NCBI GenBank assembly: GCA_951406725.2
Contig: OX597820.1
Location: 105,524,001 to 105,588,000 of the forward strand
Source: Octopus vulgaris
Taxonomy: Eukaryota
Direction: 5' to 3'
Length of the DNA: 64,000 bases
This document shows positions 14,001 through 26,703 of the stretch, one piece after another. Each line of letters begins with the position of its first letter. Position 1 is the stretch's first letter. Under the pieces are notes generated by a model, which made no database searches, was not told the origin of the DNA, and was given only the letters and a program-made list of their open reading frames with translations. The position numbers were made by a program, and so were the translations under genes.

Positions 14001-15312
14001 AATAGGATGAAAAGTAGCAGAATAATAACATACGTATGTGTGCACACACATACATATACATGCACACATATGCATACATACATACATATACACACACATG
14101 CATATATATACAAACTCATATACATATACATACATATATATACATGCATGCTCATGGACATCCATATTTATATTTGTGTATGTATATGTATGTGGTCATA
14201 TGTATGTATAAATATATATACATATATATGTGTGTGTATGTATATGTACGTGCATATGTGTATACAAATATGAGAGAGTGTGTGTATATATGTAGACGTA
14301 TATACCTGTATGTGCACATGCGTGTGACTGTGTGTAAGCATGTTTGCACCTGTGCATATGTATGTGTGTATGCATATATTTGAATATGTATGCACATATA
14401 CATTCATGAATGCACATGAGTATGCATGTATATATATGTATGTGTATGTATATGCATATATATGTATGTGTGTATATGTGCACATGTATATGTACAAGTG
14501 TGCACGCATATGTATGTCATTACACCTTTCCTCCTCTCTGATTCCTACCAACCACTCTAACATATACAATTACATACATCTATTTATTGAAATTTGACAA
14601 CCTTGTATTCTTCAATCCACTTTAAAATTTACTACTGAAACTACTACACAATTTGGTATCACCCCGCCCATATCTTTTCTCTACCTATCCCTTAATGCAG
14701 CTCTATCATATCATCCCTACTCACATATCTCACACTTATTCATTCCTTACCTGCTCATCTCTTCCTACCCCTCCCTCACTCCTCTCCCATCTTCCCCTCA
14801 CATTATCTTGACCACCAACTAACACTCCTTTTCTCACTTCTTTTGCCCTTTCTTAACTGTTTTCACTCTTTTCATATTTTTCTCTTTTTTCTTTCATTTT
14901 TTCTTTTTCTCTTTCTTCTCATTTTCTCTTCCTGTCTTCATTTTGACCTATCTCCTCATTCTAATCATACACATCTCCCCCTACCATCTATCCACAAGTA
15001 CTACCAATACATTCTCAAATTTTAATAATTCACTCCACAAGACCCTTTCAAATGAGCAACACAGAATCCATGGCTTCATACTTTGAAATGACTAAATATG
15101 AACTTACATACCATGTACAGGAAACTTTTTTACCTCTTCTATACACCACTTTCCTCGAATAATGGAACTGCAACTATAATATCTTTATATATTTTATATT
15201 TTATTTCTAATTTCATTCTCTTATTTCCTTCTATATTCCCTATCTCCTCCTTTTCCATAATGATTCCTTATTTCAAACTCAAATATTTACCTCTATTTAT
15301 CCATCTCACATC

Positions 15313-15360
15313 GTCTCTGATGAAGGGATATCCATAATATCCCAGGAACAGCTGTAAAAC
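15313..15360 (+). ncRNA. Degenerate type I hammerhead ribozyme motif (Penelope-like element remnant)
   Basis: gtct-CTGATGA-a-gggatat/atatccc stem II, then ggaa-CAGCTG-TA. The GAAA box is mutated. Confidence 0.5.
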
Positions 15361-15704
15361 TATATCTATATCTTTTTCCTTATAAATGTCCTGAAAACTC
15401 CTCACAGCCTTGGACTCCTCACTCGTATCATTATCGAACCAAGAGTTTAACTATGGTCTGTCCATTGCACTTATTTAGCATTACCTATCACTCTTTGGGT
15501 TTTCTAGGTACCAACCTCTCATATATATATATATCGTTTGTAGAAATACATAAATCCAGAGGAGAAGCTCACTCTAAGATGTAGAGCAGTTAATATTATA
15601 ATGGGGAGGCCAGTTTATGGGGTTACCCTGGGTTTCTTGTTCATAAGGGGTTTAGGCTTACAGTGTACTTTCAGACCCCAATCACTGCTGGCCTAAGACC
15701 TCTT

Positions 15705-15759
<55 letters not shown>

Positions 15760-15788
15760 GAGGAGGTAGAGTGAATAAAAGAAATAAC

Positions 15789-16196
15789 TCTCTACTCTTT
15801 TACTTGTTTCAGTCATTTGACTGTGGCCATGCTGGAGCACTGCTTTTTAGTTGAGCAAATCGACTCCAGGACTTATTCTTTGTAAGCCTAGTACTTATTC
15901 TATCGGTCTCTTTTGCCAAACCGCTAAGTTACGGGAACATAATCACACCACCATCGGTTGTCAAGTGATGTTGGGGGGGGGACAAACACAAACACACAAA
16001 CATATACACACACACATACATATATATATATGTACATATATATGACAGGCTTCTTTCAGTTTCTGTCTACAAAATCCTCTCATAGGGCTTTGGTCGGCCC
16101 AAGGCTATAGTAGAAGACACTTGCCCAAGGTGCCACACAGTGGGACAGAACCCGGAACCATGTGGTTTGTAAGCAAGCTACTTACCACACAGCCAC
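15789..16196 (-). mobile_element. tRNA-derived SINE
   Basis: Reverse complement of the 10034 family. Confidence 0.85.
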
Positions 16197-16802
16197 AAAT
16201 TCAAAAAATTAAAAGGGGAGATGTTGTATAGTGAAACTGTACATCCCTCTCACTTAAAAGTGGTAGTAGCCAGCCATTATAAAGAGACAGGTAGCCAGTC
16301 GACAGAGAGAAGGTTGAAAAGATCAAGAGTATGTGTAGACTGTGTTGATAGTCATATCTGTGCTGATATAGTAATTATGCTGTGATTCTCAGTGGACATT
16401 ATAACGATTCAACCTTTTGGGGATAATAACACTACGACTGGGGATCGTAGAGTGCCAGATAGAACCATCTTATCGATGACTTCAGAATATAACAATCAAC
16501 CGTTGGCAAAAGACAGATACAAAAGTGGTAAAAGACTGCTAAACCAAAAACAACCAATGTTCTGAAACAGAGTGTCATTATTTGCATGGCACGATATTAC
16601 ACTGATGTTATGCAAAAAAGTAACTGATCCAATCACTGCACGATGTTATAACTGTATTGCAAATAATGATTTACATTTTGAACATTTGGTGTAACCTTTT
16701 GTAATAAAAATTTTTATTCCAATTATTTGTAACCTTTAACAATAATTAGGGTTCAGTTACTTCTGGGTCACTCTATATATATATGTATGCACACACACAC
16801 AT

Positions 16803-16853
<51 letters not shown>

Positions 16854-16859
16854 CACACA

Positions 16860-19288
16860 CATAAATGTGTAATGGTGTCTGTCTGTTAATGTATTTGGGG
16901 TTACACTAACTCCTCCCACACTGTCCAACTGATTTTAATGATTTTTGGCACATAGGTAGATCACATGCCCTGAAGTTCAAATAAGGCTAGAATTTTTCGA
17001 AAACTCAATTATGCTCAGTTGGCATCAATTTTTGTGATCTCAATCGGGTGTTTGAAAGGAAATTCCCATAATGATGTTATTTTTCCTGCAGCTTTTGTAT
17101 TTTTTGTCCGATTTTGATGAGTGAGCGAGGATCACAGCAGTGAGGTGATGTCAGTATATGGCGTTGACAAAAAATCGATTATTGCGCCTGAGCAGTGGTT
17201 TTATAAAATCTATGGGCTTTTTGCGTGCAAATACCCATAGGGATTTTATTTTTGGCCATAACTTTTATATTTTTTATCTGAGTTTAATGAAATTTGAGAT
17301 ATAGGTCAATTTTGTGGTGGGGGAGACAGTAAATGTGTTTATTTAATTCAAAAGGGCTTGAAAAGGGTCCTAATACAAATAAGCATTTCCTTAGAGACAT
17401 TGATTTTGTAGAAATTTTACACATGGTTACAGTTCATGTCCATTAGTTGATGCCAGCATGAAGAGTTGGCAAATGATCGATAATTGTGTGTAAACGGGGG
17501 ATTTAAAGAAATCAATAAGCTTTTTATGTTCAATTACCCATAGGGTTAATATTTTAAGCTGTAACTTTTACAGAATTCATCCGATTTTGATGAAATTTTA
17601 CATTTAGGTAAAGTTTATGGTTGGAGTTATGTAGTAGAATTAAAATTAAACCGGGGAAAGGCAGAAATCATCAAAATTCACTCACAATAAAATAATGAAC
17701 TGATTTTGAAGAACATTGACCCATGAGTAAAATTAAGCACTTCGACTTATGAAACATTGATTATTCATATAATATATTGGGATTTATAAGTCAGTGGGAT
17801 ATTTTCATGTAAATGGTCACATGGATTCTATTTTATGACATAACCTTAACACTTTTCTTTGGATTTTGCTGAGATTGGACACGCTGATCGAGTTTGTAGA
17901 GAGGGTGGCATTAAGGGGAGAGAAATAAACAATTGTCTCTCTTAACAGGTCGAGGTACACCCAAAAGTTTGACTGTGATTTGAGACGATCCAGTATGTAG
18001 GAGTATGTCAAAAGTGTCAACCGGGTAAAATCCCTGCCGAACCAGATATAACATTTTAATGGGTAATAGTTGGCACAGGGAACATAGAAGATTTCAATAC
18101 AAGGTCAGAGGTGGGCTTAGCTTCAACATGGAAAATATGAACAATGCCAGGTCCAACAGCTAGTCTATTTTTATAAAGTCCGTTCTGTCTGTGTGTGTGT
18201 CTTCTAGGATCTCGGGCATCCTCCATCCAATTGCGCTCAAATTTGATATGCAGATACCGACGGTATCAGGGCATGTATAAGTCTTGAAAAAATTACAAAA
18301 ATCGATTCCAGGTGAGAATGCGATCGATAAAGCCGTGGGAATGTGCATTTGTATGTGCAAGTACGTCATCTGTTGTGATCGATACTATGCGTACGTGAGA
18401 AAAATGCATGTGCAGTTTGCGCAAAAAAAGCTGGCTGGCTTGAAATAATGCCACAAAATGCAGTATTTTTAAGAGACCAAAAAAGTAAGATGCAAAAGAG
18501 ATATTTTCTTCAAACTTGGCATGAAGGAAGGAAAGACTATTTGGTTTCTCAAGAAGTATTTTTTTGGCCTTAACTTCGTTTAACAAAACCCCAAAATTTA
18601 TTGAAATAAAGGCATGCTTAATTATTTTTTAATGAAAAGAAAACACTGATCGCTTTTTATTCAACAGATATGACTCAGCACTGTTCATTGGATGGGGAGC
18701 GTTTTGCTCGTCTATTATATAAAATCTGTTCTGTGTGTGTGTGTGTGCGTGTGTGTGCCGTGTGTGTGCCTTCTAGGATCTCAGGCATCCCATCCGATTG
18801 TGCTCAAATTTTATATGTAGATACTGACCGTATCAGGGCGTGTATAAGTCTTGAAAAATTTACAAAAATCGATTCTAGGTGAGAATGCAATCGATAAAGC
18901 CGTTTTTGTCCTGCTTTTCTCCCGTCGACCTGTACATAACTGCACCTTCCATTTTTTGTTGTTTTTGTACTGCTTAAAGGCACGTTTCTTTCCTGCCAAG
19001 CTTACTGTTTAAACCATGTTTGTGTTCTCCCAGTCAACAGCCTTATCATTACTGGTACTTTAAACTCTTCGGTTGCATATTTGTGTGAATAAAATTGTTT
19101 TTCTTTGGAATAGAAAAAAAGTCTATGTTTATTTCTTCTTTTGCTGGTGTCTCAAATTTAGGTTAAATCAGTGTTTCTCAAAGAGGAGGCCTATGGGACG
19201 GTCAGACAAGTTGTTTTGAGAAAATTTGGTTTAAATGTTTGACAATTCTGCACCGTCCATTGGAGTGGGGGGGGGGGCGTTTTGCTCA
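16860..19288 (+). mobile_element. Head-to-tail non-autonomous Helitron-like units
   Basis: First unit ends ...acagCTAG at 18163. Units at 18164 and 18711 start TCTATT.TATAAA and share about 170 bp, and both end ggg.gcgttttgctc. Internal ccgattttgatgaaatttt repeats. Confidence 0.6.
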
Positions 19289-19542
19289 TATATATATATT
19301 GAGAAAAATGGTCCCTGAAATTTTGGAAAAAAAATTTTTATTCATTCATTATTATTAGAGCTTTCATTTGTTTCTTGAACTTGTCAAATAGAATTTTTTT
19401 AATGTATCAACTGCTTGTTCATTTATATAAAACAGGTGTTTTGTGGAGGGTGTTATTTAGAAAGGGGATCATTGTTTTTGTTTTTTAGGTGAGCTTCCAT
19501 GGGGATAGATAGATAGAAAGATAGGTGGTAGGTAGATAGGTT

Positions 19543-19608
<66 letters not shown>

Positions 19609-19921
19609 GAGAGAGAAGGGGAATCTCCCTTCCTATTCACCATTCATTTATTTATTTGGTCATTTACCATTGTGTTGGAATGGGTTTAAGTATGGTGACA
19701 TCTTCAAAAAGGTAAAAAAAAAAAAATTAAGGTGTAGTGTGATCATCACTGAAAGTCTTTTTGCTTTCTTTTTCTCTTTTCCCCCTTCCTCCCTTCTTTC
19801 TTTTTCCTTTTCTTCCTTATTTTTCTCTTTCCTTCTTTCCACCCCCCGCTTTCCACACACACACACACATATATGTATAATAATATAAATAAATAATATA
19901 TATATATGAGTGTATGTATAA

Positions 19922-19972
<51 letters not shown>

Positions 19973-20838
19973 GCATGAAATATGTGTATGTATATGTATG
20001 CATATATATATGTATGTATCTGTATTTGTATGTGTACGTATATATATGTATTTCTCCTTTTATGTGCCTTTTCAGTTCTAAAAAACTGTACCCCTCTCAA
20101 ACTCTATTATTTTCTTCAATTATACCATTATTTCTCTTTCTCTTTTTATGCATTCTCTAATAAGAATATTGTACTACACCTACTAATAACTAATTCTAAA
20201 TATGTACATGCATGTGTATATGTATATGTATGTATGTATGGGTGTGTATGTATAGATGTGAATGTATATATAAGTGTGTGTGTGTGTGTGTGTGTGTGTA
20301 TGACGTTAAACAATGATGATGATGATGATGATATATATTTACATATGCATAAATTATCCCTATGAACTTCTTGGACTATCTTATAAAACTCTCTGATGAA
20401 ACCTAGAGGCATACCCAAGTACCCTAATTTAATCTACAGATTACTACAGTACACTGAAAAGATGGCAATAACATGTGGGGTACTGTGACCTCTTGGCTGA
20501 AACAGCTGTAAGAAACTGCTCTTCTTTCTCTATTCTAGAAATTACTAGTACTTTACACATGTATTTATATATTACCTGAACTGTTTAAAATAAATAAATA
20601 GACATAATATAATGTCTAACAGCTGATGAATACTACCTCTGGATTCCCTCCATTTTCTTCCTGCCATATAAATTAAGGGTAAAAACCACTTATTACCCTC
20701 GCCTAATTATTATAATCAGTAGTGTAATTGCCATGCAATAACCAACACCTGTGTATTAATTGGGTATTCTAACAACAGTATATTGGATAGATACTATCCT
20801 TAGTTGATTGGATTCATAACCTCTAACTCTCTTTGAAT

Positions 20839-20869
<31 letters not shown>

Positions 20870-20870
<1 letters not shown>

Positions 20871-22143
20871 GTGGCAGATGCTCAGGAACAATAAACACTG
20901 AAAATGTGCAGAGACCAACTTCTACCACGTTCCAGGGAGAAAAACTAGAAGTAGTTGATAGCTTCCGCTACCTAGGTGACCAAGTCAGCAGCGGGGGCGG
21001 GTGTGCTGAAAGTGTAACTGCTAGAGTAAGAATAGCTTGGGCAAAGTTCAGAGAGCTCTTACCTCTGCTGGTGACAAAAGGCCTCTTGCTCAGAGTAAAA
21101 GGCAGACTGTATGACGCGTGTGTACGAACAGCCATGCTACATGGCAGTGAAACATGGGCTGTGACTGCTGAGGATATGCGTAAGCTCACAAGAAATGAAG
21201 CCAGTATGCTCCGATGAATGTGTAATGTCAGTGTTCATACTCGACAGAGTGTAAGTACCTTGAGAGAAAAGCTGGACCTAAGAAGCATCAGATGTGGTGT
21301 GCAAGAGAGACGTTTGCGCTGGTATGGGCATGTGGCAAGAATGGATGAAGATAGTTGTGTGAAAAAGTGCCACACCCTAGCGGTTGAGGGAACCTGTGGA
21401 AGAGGCTAACCCAGGAAAACCTGGGACGAGGTGGTGAAGCACAACCTTCGAACTTTAGGTCTCACTGAGGAAATGACTAGAGACCGAGACCTCTGGAAGT
21501 ATGCTGTGCGTGAGAAGACCCAGCAGGACAAGTGAGACCATAACCCGTGGCCTTCTACATGGGATGTAGCCAGCCCACTAATGCATACCTTCCCTTCTTG
21601 GGACACAAAACTCTACTTGTGAAGACCTGTTGAGGCAAGTGAGAATCAGAATCAGAATCGAAATCGATCAATAGAAATTGCAGCTGAGTTACCAGTGCCG
21701 GTGGCACGTAAGAGAACCATCCAAACGTGGCCATTGCCAGCGCTGCCCCAACTGGCCTCGTGCCGGTGGCATGTAAAAAGCACCATCCGTCCGTGGCCGT
21801 TGCCAGCGCCGCCCTAACTGGCCTCGTGCCGGTGGCACATAAAAAGCACCATCCGTTCGTGGCCGTTGCCAGCTCCGCCTGGCCCCTGTGCCGGTGGCAC
21901 GTAAAAAGCACCATCCATTCATGGCCGTTTGCCAGACTCGTCTGGCACCTGCGCCGGTGGCACGTAAAAAGCACCCACTACACTCATGGAGTAGTTGGCG
22001 TTAGGAAGGGCATCCAGCCGTAGAAACATTACCAGATCAAACTGGGCCTGGTGCAGCCTTCTGGCTTCCCAGACCCCAGTTGAACCGTCCAACCCATGCT
22101 AGCATGGAAAGCGGACGCTAAACGATGATGATGATGATGATGA
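20870..22143 (+). mobile_element. RTE LINE 3' fragment
   Basis: ORFs 20906-21409 (FRYLGD, RLRWYGHVARM) match the 1300-4743 copy. 3' UTR repeat array and (GAT)n tail. Confidence 0.92.
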
Positions 22144-23102
22144 TAAACTGGCATTCCATCCATTCCAACAATGAGGGTTCCAGTTGATCTGACCAATGTA
22201 ACAACCTGCTTGTGAAATGAAGTTGTAAGTCCCTGAGCACTCCACAAGCACACATACCCTTAATGTGGTACTCAGGGAGACTCAGCGTGACATACAATAA
22301 CAAACATTGCTATTTATAGGATAATCTTTAAATATATTTGTGGGATCAGGGGTCGATATGGTGGTGGTTAAACAACAACAACAAGAGTAACAACAATGAT
22401 CACCAAAACAGCAATAATTATAACAACAATATATATAAGCATACCAAATATGGGCTGATGTGGTGGTTAAACAGTAGCAACAACAGCTGATGTGGTGGAT
22501 AAACAGTAGCAACAACAGTAACCACAACAATGATAATAACAACAACAAAGACAACAACTACTTATTTATAAGGCTTTGCTAAGGATTTACTAAAAAACAA
22601 CATCAACAACTACAACAACACGGCAGCAACAACTATGTATATATATGTACATTTACTAAATAACAACAATATCAACAACAACTACATATTTTTAAGATGG
22701 TCTATATATAGGTTTTCTGGATAAGGGTGGATGTTGATAAACAACATCATTTATCAGGCTTTCATCAGGGTTTACTAGATTGAAACTGATGTGTTGGCAA
22801 AAGGACAACAACAACAAACAACAATAGCAGCAGCAATGACAACAGCATCGATGACAACAACATATTTTATCTTAAAGTCATTATATAGACCTACTCAATA
22901 AGTACTGACGTGCTGGGTGAAAAAACTACAACAAGCTCCTGTTGATATTTATATAAGAAATTTCAAATCAGGAAATTAATAAATAGCACAGACCGTTGAT
23001 TCTATGTTAACAAAATATATAAATAAAAAATTATATAAAATTAGCATACAAAATGACGGTATGTGACTAAATGTTGCTTTGTATGTGTGTGTTTGTGTGT
23101 GC

Positions 23103-23130
<28 letters not shown>

Positions 23131-23133
<3 letters not shown>

Positions 23134-23342
23134 ATCAAAATAAGCAACAAGGATATCCAAGGTAGGGTAGTACAATTGTTTCATGCTACTTCATTTTATT
23201 AAAACACTAAGTATTACATCAGTTTTAAAATGTCGAGCAATCTTCAGCCACATATAGAATTTTTCAATTAAATGGACAATGCACATTCTTATAGTTATTG
23301 TACTACTCTACCTTGGATATCCTTGTTGCTTATTTTGATTAT
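23131..23342. repeat. Fold-back repeat (about 45-bp arms) between (TA)n tracts
   Basis: ataatcaaaataagcaacaaggatatccaaggtagggtagtacaat ... attgtactactctaccttggatatccttgttgcttattttgattat. Confidence 0.8.
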
Positions 23343-23436
23343 AATAACCCCATTTGATTTATATGGATAATACCATACAAAATTCTGGTGCCTTTAACTT
23401 AAGCACCATATTCATCTGAATCTAAATTTTGCTGAA

Positions 23437-23470
<34 letters not shown>

Positions 23471-23658
23471 AGTATGTATATATGTATACATTAAGAAAAG
23501 AAGATTGTCATGATCTGGATAAAAGCTATTTAGTGATTTTGTCCCTTTTAGGATAAAAGCACTAAATAAATAGGGAGAAGGACATCAAAAGTGAAAGAAA
23601 GAAAGAAAAAAAGTGATGCTTTTCTGTCATGAATTTCAACCATCCAAGAAAAACACCC

Positions 23659-23705
<47 letters not shown>

Positions 23706-24039
23706 TCCTTCTTTCTTTTTTCTTTCCTTCCTTCCTTCCTTCCTCTCTTTTTCCTATCTTCTCTTTTTCTCCTCTTTTTCTTTTCTTTTCTCCAAAAATT
23801 CACTATACACACATGCTTACACACACACACATGCGCAAATTTAAAATAGCATTTTTTTCAACTAACTCACATGCATATATAAAATGTATGAATTTTCCAT
23901 AAAACAACATTCATGGTGACATCTTTAAAAGGGATGAAAATACTAAATAGATAGTTTTTATCCAAATCCTGACTACCTTTTTTTTCTTGATATATTTAAT
24001 TCAAGCACTAATTCAAGCAATCTCTCTCTCTCCCACCTT

Positions 24040-25992
24040 CTCTCTCTCTCTGAATTTTGGCTGTTGGAATGCGTGCACACTTCTAGATGGTAATTTCAAC
24101 AAGAGGCCAGAAAAGCATACTGCACTTACTGCATGTGAGCTTAAAAAATATTCCCTCAATATAGTTGCACTCTCTTGAAATATGGGGTCACTGTTGGAGA
24201 GCTGAGGAAGTGCCTCAAGACTGGATTGAGGCCATTTTAGTCTCCATGTATAAATCAAGGCCAAAGTATCTGTGTGGTAACTTTCATGGGATTTCGCTTT
24301 TGTCTGTAGTTGGAAACATACTTGCCCACGTTCTGTTAGAATGTTTAAGTACCTTTATAGTCCCAAATATAGTGTCTGAGTCTCAGTGTGGTTTTTGCTC
24401 CTCCAGAGGTACAGTTGATTGTATCTTTACTATCAGAGAATTTCAGGAAAGTGCATTGAACAGAATCTTGCCGTAGACCATTGCTTTGTTGATTTGAGCA
24501 AGGCATTTGGTACTCCTAATTGAAATGCTCTGAGGCTAATTCTAAGGATAAATGAACATTTGCTTTTGACTGACACTGAAAATAAGTTACCCAGAAAAAT
24601 TTGTAAACATGATCAGAGTTTTGCATCAAGATATGAAGGCTAGATTTAATTTTGGTGCTAGGCTCTCTGAATCTTTAGCTGTGGAAAATGGAATAAAGCA
24701 AGGAAAAGTTGATGCACCCACCTTCTTTGCAATATATTTTGCTGCTGTGCTGTCAAACTCTTTTCAAAATATTGAACAGCAGGAAATGTTTTTAATCTGA
24801 CCAGACTGAAATTCAAAACAAAGGTTTTTACTTTACTCATTAGGGAACTCTTATACGCTGACGATTGTGTTCTAGTTAATCACTCTGAAACGGGCTTGCA
24901 ATCTCTTGTATCTGCATTTGACACAGCTTGTGATGATTTTGGCTTGGCTAACAACTTGAAAAAAAACCAGTTGTAATGTATCAACCTGCATGTAGTGCTG
25001 TTTGCAACCCCACTAAAATTTTTGTTAAGGGTAAGTTACTTGAGGTTGTTGATTCTTTCATCTACCTAAATACAGAAATACATCTGTGAATTTAAAGGGC
25101 AGCACAAGCATTTGGTGATTTGGAGTCTCATGTTTGGCATCAACAATATATAAATGACAACACAAAATTGGTTCTTTACAAATGGTTCGTCTTACCATCC
25201 CTATTTTATTCTTCTGAAACATGGATGTTTTATCAAAGACATTTCAAATTGTTAGAACGATTCCACCAAAAAGTGCCTTCACCACATTTTAAACATTAAA
25301 TGGGGCTTTTTTAGTCCAGACACAGATGTCTTTGTGTCTGCAGGCATCACTTCAATTAAATCAATGATTCTGAAAAACCAAACGAGATGGTCTGGCCATA
25401 TTGTCTGAATGGTGAATGAACGCATGCCCAAACAGCTGTTTTATGGTAAGATTGCAGAGGGGAAAAGCAATCAGTGTAAACCTAAAAAGAGGTTTAAGGA
25501 CAGCATAAGGACTACTATGAAGTTACTTGGAATGGATCCAAAGGCCATAGAAACCCTTGCTCCAGACTGAGCTGGATGGTGAACAAAAGTGTGGAGTGGA
25601 GTGAAAGCATTTGAAGAGGCCAGGATAACACATGTAAGACTCAAGAGATTTAAAGAAGAATGTTGCGATCGAGAAGGTGAATTTCAGTGACTTTTTTGGG
25701 ATGCACAGTTTGTGACAGACCATGCCTTTCTTTTACTGGGTTCAAATCTCATTTATGGACCCATGAAAAATGAACCTCCACCAGCTATTCTACCTATATA
25801 ACTGTGCACACCTTTCAATGCTGTGTATGCCATAAGGTCTGCAAATCTAATGGAGGCCTTAAAAGGCATTTTAAGATCCACAAAGATTAGAACTCAACTG
25901 CAGCACTTGGTGGTCCAAATCGGATATGCAATCCGTGTGGGTGTCTTTTCAATATATTGTCTTGTTTAAAAAGCCACGTCAGATGTCATAAG
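24040..25992 (+). mobile_element. Degenerate BovB-like RTE LINE with C-terminal C2H2 fingers
   Basis: GCWNACTLLD..RPEKHTAL..EL...NIVALS (EN start), GISLLSVVG, ESQCGF, GIKQG, LLYADD, RWSGHIV. Many stops and frameshifts. Confidence 0.85.
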
Positions 25993-26479
25993 GTGTGTGT
26001 GCGTGTGTGTGTGTGTTTGTGTGTGTTTGTGTTTGTGTGTGTGTGTGTGTGTGTGTGCGTGTCTTCTAAGAATCCATAAGTCAGAAGAAATATGTACTAA
26101 TATATTTGTCAATAGAGTGGGTATATTAATCAATATACAGTATTATATTTTCATTACAGTTGATATTACTCATGGGTTTTGCACTAGGTATAAAACCAGA
26201 TGTTTGATAACAACATGGTTAAGTATTATCATGTGTTCGTCAGAGGTAGCAGGTTTAAAAAAAAATATATGGCGACTGCTCTCCATTATTGGGTACAAAA
26301 AAAAACATCCAGTTGGTGGGTGCTGTGGAAAAAGATGAAGTGACCTGAAGAAAGGTTACATCAAAAGTTATCTCCCTTTGTCCACTCTCCAAAAAAAAAA
26401 AACCTCTGAGATGTGAAGACTACTTAAATTTTCTGAAAATGTTTCGAATGGTTAGGAGTTGATATTTGTATAGACTGTA

Positions 26480-26703
26480 AAGGTGGCAGAATCGTTAGCA
26501 CGTCGGCTGAAATGCTTATCGGCTTTTCGTCTGCCGTTACATTCTGAGTTCAAATTCCGCCGAGGTCGACTTTGCCTTTCATCCTTTCGGGGTCGATGAA
26601 TTAAGTACCAGTTACGCACTGGGGTCGATATAATCGACTTAATCCCCTTGTCTGTCCTTGTTTGTCCCCTCTGCGTTTAGCCCCTTGTGGGTAGTAAAGA
26701 AAT
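26480..26703 (+). mobile_element. Nin/Deu-domain SINE
   Basis: Intact core GCCTTTCATCCTTTCGGGGTCGATGAATTAAGTACCAG. Confidence 0.8.

Noticed and set aside
16211-16770. LTR remnant (PPT-like aaaaggggaga followed by TGTTG)
   Set aside because: No second LTR, clear CA end, TSD or internal coding sequence.
21690-21980. CRISPR-like repeat-spacer pattern
   Set aside because: It lies in a eukaryotic RTE 3' UTR, the linkers are homologous to each other, and there are no cas genes.
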